64,000 nucleotides of DNA, from NCBI GenBank assembly GCA_045837725.1, contig JBEWZL010000239.1:248001-312000 (forward strand). Reading direction: 5' to 3'. Under the pieces are notes generated by a model that worked only from the letters and a program-made list of their open reading frames with translations, ran no database searches and was not told the origin of the DNA. This document shows, piece after piece, positions 1 to 10,805 of this stretch. The stretch is from Vermamoeba vermiformis (lineage: Eukaryota). The translations under genes and the position numbers were made by a program. Within the stretch, counting starts at the first letter, position 1; every line of letters begins with the position of its first letter.

Positions 1-1652
1 TACCGCCACCACTAGCGCTTGGTCTGCCAGCATTCCTCAATCCAAGAAGCGCGAGTTGGCCCAAAAGGTGCTCGAGTTGTTGCGCAGATTCAACCAGACT
101 CCTCAATTCCAAACTGGTTTGACCGCTTTGATCCAATCTTTCTACGACTTGGAAAGATACACTCGCGCCAAGGTCAAGACCACTCCTCACGCTCAATCGA
201 AGATCACCTACGCCGACAAAATGTACGGCGAGGTTCGCGCTTTGTTGACTCCTTATGCCCCCAACAAGAACTTGAGCCTCATCACCTCTGGCTTCAACCG
301 ACTGTTCGAGGACATCCGCGCTGATCAACGTCGCAGCACTTACTTCTCTGAGCTCAGACTCTTCTTGGACACTTTGTTGACCAGCCCCGAGTACATGGAC
401 GAAGAAACTGCCGTCTACCAAATCGAAGACTTCATCGATCGTGGCCGTGAAATGTTCTCTGACTACCGCTACAGATCCGAGACTAGATTGTTGTTGGACA
501 ACTTGCGCACCATGTACTACAACATTGCTACTGACCCCAACTTGGTCAACTTGAAGACCAAGACTCAAACTTTGATCGAAGACTTCATGTGGGTCGACGA
601 GACTGGCCGCATGCAAATCAACACCGAATTGCTCGGAGAGATGCGTCACGTGCTCATCCCCATCTTGTTGGAATCCATGCAAACGATGCGCTTGCCCGTC
701 ATCGAGGGTACCACCAAGAAGATGGACTTCCGCGTTGAAGACATGGTCTTCTCCACTTACGACTTGTTGCCCGAGAACATCAAGCTCAAGACCAAGAACC
801 AAGCTAAGATGAAGAGCTACACCACTGGTCGCCCCGTCATTCCCACGCCTCACCTGAACCACGTTGCTCTCACCTTCAAGCTCCACCACATGCAGACTCG
901 CATGGAGAACATCCGTTACTGGTTCAGACGCAACTCCTTCCCTAAGGTCGAGGACTCTGGTCTCGTCGACGTCGCCATTGTCGGAGGTGGCTTCAACTTG
1001 AAGGTCAAGACTTTGTTGCGCACCACCAGCACTACTCCCAAGTTCACTGTTAGCAAGGTCAAGGTCCACATCGACCGATTGGACGTCAAGTTCCACGACG
1101 CCAAGTACGACTGGTTGCTCAACTTGGGTACCAAGTTGTTCCGCAAGAGAATCCAACGTCAAATGGAGCTCCAAATCGAGAACAGAATCCGCACCTACGG
1201 CTTCAGAATCGAGAAGGCCTTGAACCGCGCCTTGAAGAGATTCCCTCCAGAGAAGTTGAGATCTATGGCTCACCGTGGTGCTGAGAACAGTAAGTGACAC
1301 TTTTGACACCTGTCAAGAACAAACTTTCTAATCCAATCTTTCTTTAGTCCGCGCTCACCGCGCCAACTTGCAACAAGGCACCGATGCTGGCATCCCTGTT
1401 GAGTCCAAGGGCGATGTCTTGAGACACGGTGTGGACCGCCTCAAGGAGAAGGTCAAGGAGAAGACTTTGGGCACTACGGCTCCTCAATCTGGCTACGTTG
1501 AGCCCATTCCCGTTGCCACTACTAGTATGCCCGCCATGACCACAGCTCCTATGGCCACTACGACTATGATGGGTACTGGTCCTGTGATCACTGAGACTAA
1601 GGTTAAGCCCACTCAAACGACCACTACCACCACTACTACTTACCAATCTTAA
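1..1652 (+). CDS. HAM1-like / DUF4449-DUF5923 family protein with C-terminal BPI/TULIP-like region (5'-partial)
   Basis: The frame is open from the window edge. Intron 1290-1347 (GTAAGT..TTTAG) joins it in frame to the last exon ending TTYQS*. Motifs LPVIEG..DFRVEDMVF..LLPENI, FPKVEDSGLVDVAIVGGG and FTVSKVKVHIDRL recall the fungal SPAC32A11.02c-type family. Strong codon bias. Confidence 0.7.
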
Positions 1653-2004
1653 GCTGATTGGTTCGTGTAGCGGATCTCGGTACGAGCATGTCGCTTTTGA
1701 ACTATTATGATTGCCGTCGAGCGAACATAATACACTTATATAACATAGTCTTATTTATCTTATAAATAAATGCGTTTTTAAAAAAGCTTTGTTTGCGCGT
1801 AGTATTCAATCAAAAGTTTAAGATTTTATTTACAAAATGTACGAGAGGACCCTCTAGAGCCTCGTTAAGTCAGCTTATAATACTGCTCGTTATTTACAAT
1901 ATTACAAACTTTCAATAAATAATGCGCCGAATTTCGAAAAAAAGTATGTCCAAAAATGCTTGATCCAGACCTAACTCTACCGTCCGTATTCAATAATTTT
2001 CTTA

Positions 2005-3639
2005 TTATTGAACGGTGCAGCTCTTCTTTTTCTTATGTTTTGATTGTTTGGTACCGTCTTCATCTTTATTCTTTTTGTGTTTATCTTTGCCTTTGGATCC
2101 GCTACTCAGTTTTCGTTTTTGATCGTGATGATGGTGTCCATTATGGTGAATTTCATCTGAACTATCTGGCTCGTGGTTCTCCCAAACAGCTTTAACAATT
2201 GCTTCAAAAACAGCTTTCAAATTATTTTGTGTCAGTGCCGAGCATTCTATGTAGTCGGATGCGTTAATTTCTTTAGCCAAATCTTTGCCCTAATTATACA
2301 AAATATATTAATAACGATATACATAATATGTATCCCAGAGGTATACATAAGAAAAACTAACGTAATTGTAACTAATATATTTTGACGCGAGAATTAAAGT
2401 GTCAAAGTTAATGTGACACGTCAAGTTTTCGTTCAATTGGTTCGGATCCAATGTCCCAAATGTTCTTAATTTAGTCATATTCATATTATAGGTGCCGCCT
2501 CGTACCTGTTCAACTGTAGTCAATCGATCCTTATTGTCATTTTCGTCGTTACGCAAGTCGAGTTTTGTGCCGACAAGCAAAAACGGGATCTCGTCTGTCG
2601 TGTGTGCTTTAATCTCTGGAACCCACTGTACAATATCAATGCGTTAATATAACGGTATATTTAATAGTGCTATAAATAGGTAATATTGCTGGCCGATTAA
2701 TAGCCCGCGGTTAAATTAGTCTGAAATTACAAGTTTTGTGCATAGGTCGATTGCGAAATCGCTGTAAAAACATAGAATTTAATGTAATATTTTAATATTA
2801 ATAATTTATAATTGAAGATAAAGCAAAAGTTCGCTCTGTAAAAGCAACAAAACGGATCCTTTGTTCCAATCCAATTAAATCCATTAAATTGTTCAAATAA
2901 TAAAATATCATACTACTAGCATTTATATATGGTATTTATAATATAATGCACTTACTTTGGTTTTAATATGTTCAAAACTGTCTTTGTCGTTGATCGAGAA
3001 ACACAAAATAAAGCAATCTGTTCCAGGATAGCTCAACGGCCTCATTTTATCATAATCAGATGACCCACTAGTATCCCATAAGCCCACTATATTAATAATA
3101 TTTGTTAGACAATTTTGACTTTCTACGATCCGATCAGCGCAAAGAAATTTCTTTTTGGTCGGGCAGGCGAAGTGCCAAACGGTATTAATAATATGATACG
3201 TACTTCTAACGGCATGTTCTTTATATATAGTAGTGGCTGTATAATTATCAAACACTGTTGGTACGTGATCGCCTAAGACACGCGCAATAAAGTTAGCGAA
3301 ATGAATCGAATTGAATACGAAAATGTAATTATGTGGATTTATAATTGTTGGTGTAATATTTGATCATATTATTTCGAGTCTTTAAGGTTATTCAATTAGA
3401 TTCTGTTATTCTCCAAACAATTAAGTTTTCAATTCAATGTTGGTCGCCCTGGAAAATTATAATATAATAACGTATATACCTGGAAAACTGTTGGTAGTGT
3501 AAGAAATTAACATGCTAGTCTTTCCGACAGCGGTATCTAGAAAAAAAGCGGATACGTTAATTAAATCGCTTAATGAATCAATTAGGAATTACATACCTCC
3601 AATAAACATTAATTTTAATAACGGCTTTTCTGTCGTCAT
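2005..3639 (-). CDS. Rho/Rac-family small GTPase with atypical catalytic residues; His/Lys-rich tail and CAAX box
   Basis: Six exons give LMFIGDTAVGKTS..NSFPGDHVPTVFDNY..WDTSGSSDYDKMRPLSYP..GTKLDLR..YIECSAL..KKKKSCTVQ*. Confidence 0.92.
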
Positions 3640-4098
3640 ATTATATTGAGTCTATTGAATACTGAATCGTTGCGTAATATAATGGATCAGGAACCCAGAT
3701 CAAACACAAATCATTCGATTGAGCGACAGTAAGATAAATAATAATCGAGTAGTCCTTGGTGCTATACTCGATTTGGTGAGAACATAGGGAAATAAAACCA
3801 AAAAATGGCTTTGTTATTCCAACGCTTTTGTTTTGGTTTCGCCTAAATTAGACATTCCTAAATTAGCTACGGATCTTCTCCGCAAGGTGCATGCAGTATT
3901 GAATCAATATGATCGGGTCCTTACTACGCTATCGCTCAGCGGATTCACGCGAAACTCGTCGACAGCCCAAATAAGAAATGAATTTCAGTACCGTTCTGAA
4001 ACAATTCTTTATTAAAATACTGAAATAGTGCTACTAATATACCATTATTACAATTTTAAAGGTCATTAAATAAGTCAAGAAATGAAGGAGATCTGATT

Positions 4099-7022
4099 TT
4101 AGAAACGGCTAATGTCGCGACCGAAGATGATAGTCTTCAACCAATCGCTTCCCACTAAGTATCTGTTGCGGAAGCTGTGTTGATTGAAGATATAAGCAGA
4201 TCGCCACAACCACCAAGCACCAAAACCTCCGATCTTCATTTGAGGCAGATCCGCAACGGAGTTACGACCACCAACATAAGCAAAGCTACCAAAGTGTTGG
4301 TAGACGAAAGGAGCAGCTTGGTTGTGTCGAGCAACGTCGTTTAAGGCCTTTCCAAGGTACTTGCCTTGTTGGTTAGCAACTTGAGCAGTCTGCGTACACG
4401 GTCAGATCGTACGTACTAAAATTTCAGTACTCACGCTGGGAAGACTCTTGACTTTGCTGTCAGCGACTCTTAGCAACTCCTTGAACTCGGCAAGCGACAA
4501 TACACCGTCCTTGTCCGAGTCGTAGTCCTTGACCAACTGATTGAACTTGGATCTGAACAAAAAAAATTAAAAATTTGAACTTTTTGACGAAGATCGAGCA
4601 AAAGGAGGATAAGCAAGGATCGAGGTTGTGGTGAAGGGCAAAAGAGCAAAAAAAGAATTCCGATACCGGGAGTCGAACCCGGGGCCCCTGGGTGAAAACC
4701 AGAAATGTTAACCGCCTACACCATATCGGATTTTTTGATGTTGGGTACTTGACCCCTGCCAAGCCCCATCACTTCGCAAAACCAACTTCCTCGATCTTTT
4801 GCTCTTTTTTCTTCTCCCTCTTTTGTTCGTTTTGCTCTAACACCGCGACCATTTCTGCCATTAATTTAATAGTACTTACGAGTAGAATTGCAACTGCGGG
4901 TACTCCTTGCAAATTTCGGTGAAGAGTGCTTCGAGTTCTTTGTCCGACAACACACCGTCCTTGTTCGTGTCAGCGAGTTCGAATAACTCCGTCAGTTTAG
5001 TCTGCAACTTCTTTTGCTCAACGGTGGCACAATCACTGAAAGACGGTCAGTACCTTTGCTCGTGCAAACTATTCGTTGACATGACTCACCCAACTGCGTA
5101 GATGTTTTCAGTGCCGAGTACCTTCAAGAATTGATCGGTGACCAGAGCCTTCTCGTGCATCTACTTCGCGTTAGCGATCAAATTGCTATTCTAGCTGAGC
5201 TTACTTGGTTGGGAATCTGCTCGGCGATGTTACGAGCCAAAGGTGCTTGAATAATACCAGTACTCCAGACCTATTTCAACGAGTTGGTACAATCCTTGCG
5301 CAGTGTAGTATAATCGAATAGTACGTACGCAAACTCCAAATGGCAACTTTCTGATCTCTTTTGTCTTGGCATCTTGCACGACGACTTCAGCGGGTGTCAC
5401 TTCTTTGACACGCGAGTTGATTTGAACGTCAATAGACTCTCGCTTGAAGTGCTTCTCGGCAACTGAACAATGTTAGATATAGCACTACACAGACTTGAGT
5501 CAGGCGTACTTTCACTGATCTTCTTATCGTACGTGTTCAAAATGTGGTCGCCGGATTGAATCAGAGTAATCTTTGTGTAAGGCAACAACTCGGGGAAGTA
5601 CTTGACCAAATCCTCGCGAAGGAAATCTAGCACACGTGAGTCAGATTCATATCATTTAACAAGATAAGTCAGACTCGCTTACCGTGCAACTCAGCAGCGA
5701 ACTCAACACCTGTAGGACCACCACCGACAATGACGAATGACAACAAACGGCGTTTTTCCTAGTGAATTATACGATTTAAGCCATGTTAACGAAGTTGGCA
5801 TTGTAATTACCTCGTCGTTCAAGCCCGGGTAGTTGGCACTTTCGAAGCAATCCATGACACGCGTACGAATAGCTTGGACATCTAAGACGTGTTAAAGCGA
5901 TCAGCAGCGCGTTCTATGTAACGTACCTTCAATAGACTTCAAGAAATTAGCATTCTCGACGACACCAGGTGTGTTGAAAGTATTCGACACGGCTCCGACT
6001 GCAACGACCAACGTGTCATAAGGCAACTCAAAAGTACCTTCTCCGCCCTTGATTTGAGACACGTCTAACGAGATATTAAATTAACGATGCCTCATAATGA
6101 GGTGCAGATGTACTTACCTGCGCACTTGATCTTTTGGTTCTTGACATCAACGGCAGTACATTCGGCTTCGTAAAACTTAACTTGACCTAACTTGCCCTTT
6201 CTTCGGCAGTACTTGCGAATAGGTTCCACGACACTGCATAATTTGAGTACTAGTGTTACACATACCGGTAAAAAACTCGAGTTTACCTGCGAGGATCCAA
6301 AGTTCCAACGGTTACGCTGTAAAGTTGATTAATAATCGTCGATATTGCATTGATAGACATGGATATTACCTTGGCAACAGCGGAGTGAAAAGGAAGTAAT
6401 TTCCTAAAGACGACCGTTACTAAACTGGAAAATGAATATTGAATTGCTGGAAGAGCTTACTTGGTGAGACTACGGAAATATCATATTCGTCTCCGATCTC
6501 CTTGAGCTACGGTTCACGTTAATAATTATTGTTACGATTGAAATTCGAAAGAAAATCTTACCAAACTGATACTGCCCCATCCGGTTCCTTCAAATTAAAT
6601 CTGAGTAAAGTATTGAAATATAGCATCTGTAATTACCTAAAATAACCAACTTCGGTTTCTGCTTGGTAGCCTCTTCAGCGTTGGCCGGAGAGTATCCGCC
6701 TTTGAAAAATTAATTGCTGATATTTTACGGAATTAATTTAACAAATGCTCTTACTGACTACGATCGCGGTTCCAAGTAATGCCGAAGATAAAACACCAAC
6801 TTGAATTATTCTATTTTAAAAAGAAAATTAAAATTTAATAATTGAACGACTCGCCAAAAAAGATTTTCTGGCGATCAACGTAATAATTAAGCTCCCATTT
6901 AATATATCTCATAAATGATGAGCTTACTTCTTGACTTTGCTGCCTTTGGTGGCGGTCGTGGAAAACTTCACTTTGGATGTCTGCAGCTTATCAGCTAGCT
7001 TCTTTGTTATTTGTCTGAACAT
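4099..7022 (-). CDS. Type II (alternative) mitochondrial NAD(P)H dehydrogenase, NDB-type with two EF hands
   Basis: Multi-exon gene. Motifs: LVILGTGWG, NYFLFTPLLP, VIVGGGPTGVEFAAELHD, TLIQSGDHILN, EF loops DTNKDGVLSDKE and DSDKDGVLSLAE, TAQVANQQGKY, DWLKTIIFGRDISRF*. Basic N-terminal presequence MFRQITKKLA. Confidence 0.93.
4635..4833. repeat. Copy 1 of a ~199 bp direct repeat (tRNA-Glu plus flanks); copy 2 at 8128-8326
   Basis: Direct alignment at offset 3493 with only two mismatches seen (4794, 4801). Confidence 0.95.
4658..4730 (-). tRNA. tRNA-Glu(UUC), inside an intron of the NAD(P)H dehydrogenase gene
   Basis: TCCGATA..TATCGGA acceptor stem, anticodon arm TCTGG-TTTTCAC-CCAGG, T arm CCGGG-TTCGACT-CCCGG, followed by an oligo-T Pol III terminator. 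Confidence 0.95.
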
Positions 7023-7318
7023 TTCAATATTCCTTTTGTTCAATTGCAACTTGTTGCAGATAAAACTGAAAATAATAGTTATGCAACGAATCGCACATAG
7101 GTTGCCGCCCTGAAACAAAAATTTATTTACCAAGCAACCGATAGTGACGCTATTATTTACAAGACAATAATACGGTCGGTGCAGTGGCAGTGCACCTTAC
7201 TCCAGTCTGAGAGGCAATCCAGGACAACCTTAAAGCAATGCCGAATTAAGGAGGTAAGTCTTATGGATTTTCAACTGTCTCCGTAATAGCTCATTACAGT
7301 CTGTAAGTCTCATCCGCA

Positions 7319-8081
7319 TCATTGATGTGCCTTTGAATGTGCAACCCAATTAGGGAGCTCTACGCTAAGAGTATCGTCAACTATTTTGCTCGTCGCTTTG
7401 TTGAGCTTCTTGGCATTCACCGCTATTACATTGAAAGTATAAGTTTGACCTCCAATGGGTTCGTGCGCTCGCTGACCATCACCAAATAGATGCAACTTAA
7501 TAAAGTGTCCATTTGGGACATTTAGCGCTTGCCTAACATGTGGATGTTCAAAGTCGTAGCGGACGCTGAACTTTAATGTCTTCTTCGCGTCCACAAAAAT
7601 AAAATAATACGGCTGAAAAATAAAATAAGTTATATACTATCATTATCAACAAACTATCTCTCATTTTGTCAGGCTAGTAAAATTAAAAAATATCTGCAAA
7701 CGATTTTACCAAGCCCGCAACGTAGTCATTCCAGTGTTGCTCAACAATACTCAAATATTGTTCCGAAGGATATCTTGGCACTACCAAAAGGTAGCACATG
7801 AGCTCTGGGGTATATTCGCCAGGATTCGTTTCTTTACTCCAAAAATACAGCAAGTACCCAAACTGTGTAATATTCTTGCCAAAGGCCCTATTATCATATT
7901 TAAATTCGTTCTCTTCGAGCCATTTAATAAATATATCCGCAAAGCCAGCGTAGAGTTTGGCTTGGTGAGGTCTGATGTTGAGTTTAGCTCGCGCCGCAAG
8001 ATCCATTAACACCTCTGTGCGGCGAAATACTGGCTCATGCACGCCAGATATCGGCTGCTTGAATTTCTTTCTTGCACTCAT
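7319..8081 (-). CDS. Hypothetical protein (~220 aa if the two ORFs are joined by a ~100 nt intron)
   Basis: ORF MSARKKFKQ..HWNDYVAGL can splice in phase 0 (GTAAAA..TTTTTCAG) to PYYFIFVDAKK..HSKAHQ*. No domain recognised. Confidence 0.5.
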
Positions 8082-8127
8082 GTGCTTACGTTCACAAAAA
8101 AAGGACGAAAGTGTAGCATTACAATGC

Positions 8128-8326
8128 AGGGCAAAAGAGCAAAAAAAGAATTCCGATACCGGGAGTCGAACCCGGGGCCCCTGGGTGAAAACCAGAAATG
8201 TTAACCGCCTACACCATATCGGATTTTTTGATGTTGGGTACTTGACCCCTGCCAAGCCCCATCACTTCGCAAAACCAACTTCCTCGTTCTTTTTCTCTTT
8301 TTTCTTCTCCCTCTTTTGTTCGTTTT
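8128..8326. repeat. Copy 2 of the ~199 bp direct repeat; spans the tRNA and the SHMT upstream region
   Basis: Aligns to 4635-4833. Confidence 0.95.
8151..8223 (-). tRNA. tRNA-Glu(UUC), identical to 4658-4730
   Basis: Same cloverleaf and oligo-T terminator. Divergent from the SHMT gene. Confidence 0.95.
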
Positions 8327-8342
8327 CTCTTGATCTAACACC

Positions 8343-10530
8343 ATGTTTTCTCGCGCTCTCTTACTCACCAAGGCTATCTCTAAGCTGTCCAAGCCAGCTT
8401 CCAGAAGCTTGTTCACTACCAAGGTAGGGATTGGAGGATCCACGCGCCCTTAGTTCCGATCTGATCCGTATCTTTGCTTAGATCGCAAACAGCTCCTTGA
8501 AGACTGTAGATCCTGAAGTTTACAACATTTGTGAGAATGAGAAGCAAAGACAAGCTGCCGGAATCCATTTAATTGCATCTGAGGTACTGTAATAATAACA
8601 ATTTATCCCTATTTTAATGTGTTTATGGTCAAATAATATTTTGCAATATATCCGACGTGCAAATTATCGTTAGATAATTTTTGAAACAAAAATACTAATT
8701 AAATTATTGGTGATTTTAGAACTTTTCTTCTGCTGCCGTTCGTGAAGCTATTAGCTCTCACCTGAGCCACAAATACTCTGAAGGCTACCCTGGTGCTAGG
8801 TAAATAGTAGTATTATTGTTGTAATATTTTCTGTCGAAGAGTCGCAAACGGCTAGTCTCGATACTTCAAACGACTTTTAGCTCAAAAACTTCAGATAATA
8901 ATCATAATACATAATATTAGATATTATGGTGGCAACGAATTTATTGATCAAAACGAGCGTTTGTGCCAACAACGTGCCCTCCAAGCTTTCCGTTTGGATC
9001 CCGCTCAATGGGGTGTCAATGTGCAGCCCTTGTCTGGCTCTCCCGCCAATTTTGCCGTTTACACTGGTCTGTTGGCTCCTCATGATCGTATTATGGGTCT
9101 TGATTTGCCTCATGGTGGACAGTAAGTACTCAGATGTCAAGATCGTCAGTTGTTGCTCACGTAGTATTGTAGTCTTACTCACGGATATATGACTGGCAAG
9201 AAGAGAATTTCAGCCACTTCCATCTACTTCGAGTCTATGCCTTACCAATTAGACGTCGTAAGTCACTTGTACGGGACGACGGATCTAGCTCGTGCTAACG
9301 ATTATTTTAATGCTAGAAAACCAGCACTATCGACTACAACGCCTTAGAGAAGTCTGCTTCTTTGTTCAGACCCAAACTCATTATTGCTGGTGCTAGCGCA
9401 TATTCCCGCATCATTGACTACAAGAGAATCAAGGAGGTAAGGCCTAATTATTTTGTTATCTGGACGTGGCAATAACAATACTCTAGATTGCCGATCAACA
9501 CGATGCCTATGTTTTGTCCGATATGGCTCACATTAGCGGTCTTGTTGCTGCTGACGAGATCCCCAGGTACGTGTGACTTGCCATATTTATTAAGTCACCA
9601 CCATTAACAATATAAATACAGCCCCTTCGAGTACTCTGATGTTGTTACTACCACTACTCACAAGACTTTGCGTGGTCCTCGTGGTGGTCTCATCTTTTAC
9701 CGCAAGGGCGTTCGCAAGAACACTCCTAAGGGACCCATCATGTACGATATTGAAGACAAGATCAACTTTGCTGTCTTCCCTGCTCTTCAAGGAGGTCCTC
9801 ACAACCACACCATCGCCGGTATTAGCGTTGCTTTGAAAGAGGTATGATCGCCGATCGATTTATTCTATGTGCACGTGTACTTACGTGAATTGTAGGCCAT
9901 GTCTCCTGAATTCAAGGAGTACCAAAAGCAAGTCAAGAGAAACGCCAAGGTTATGAGCGACGTTTTGACTAAGATGGGTTACGTCATCGTCTCTGGCGGT
10001 ACTGACAACCATCTCATTTTGGTGGATCTCCGCAACAAGGTAAAGCTAATTGCGTTTATTAATCGATGTCTAAACAATGTACAGAACATCGACGGCGCTC
10101 GTGTCGACAAGGTTTTGGAGAAGTGCGCTATTTATGTTAACAAGAACGCCGTTCCCGGTGACACCAGACCTTTCGTGCCCGGAGGTGTCCGTCTTGGTAC
10201 GTAGAATTTGTTATAACTTTTTATCATAGCTACTAATGTATATTGTAGGTGCCCCTGCCATGACTAGCCGTAACTTGAAGGAGAAGGACTTCGAGAAGAT
10301 CTGCGCTTTCTTCGATCGCGGAGTTCAAATCACTATTAATATTAACAAGAAGTTCGAAGGTAATTTTTTCAGTGGGATTCAAAACAAATATAGGACTAAC
10401 AATAGTTCTAGCTGATGGCAAGACCAAGTTGAAGGAGTTCGAAGAGGCTCTTGAGAAGTTCGAATCCGACGAGATTAAGCAGCTCCGAAAGGAAGTTCAA
10501 GAGTTTTCTAAGACCTTCCCCTTGCCTTAA
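8343..10530 (+). CDS. SHMT: Serine hydroxymethyltransferase, probably mitochondrial
   Basis: Presequence [17 protein letters not shown]. Motifs [46 protein letters not shown], the PLP-lysine motif [30 protein letters not shown]. Confidence 0.97.
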
Positions 10531-10805
10531 ATCATTTAATTGATATTATAAATATTCAGTTAACTTGCGATAAATCTTTCTAAGTGCACTAATGCATTTT
10601 TTTAGGTAAAATCGTTAACCGCTAGGTAAAGTTATTTTTCAACCTTTTGATAGCAAGTTATTATAATCAAACTTTTCGAGGGATCGACGTAATTTTCTCT
10701 AGACTAGTCGAAAGATCCAAAAATAGAAAGATCGATCGCAAAAACTGCTGTTCGAGGAAAGCCCAGGTGGGTCTGAAACTAGTATGTTCTTGCAGCTTCA
10801 CGACG

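Noticed and set aside
4460..4922. ORFs MAGVKYPTSK.. and MKTRNVNRL.., repeated at 7975-8443
   Set aside because: They are translations through the tRNA cassette and appear twice only because of the DNA repeat.
7174..7230. GGTGCA-GTGGCAG-TGCACC hairpin faintly like the U4 or SRP RNA 5' end
   Set aside because: The remaining U4/SRP elements and an Sm site are not present.
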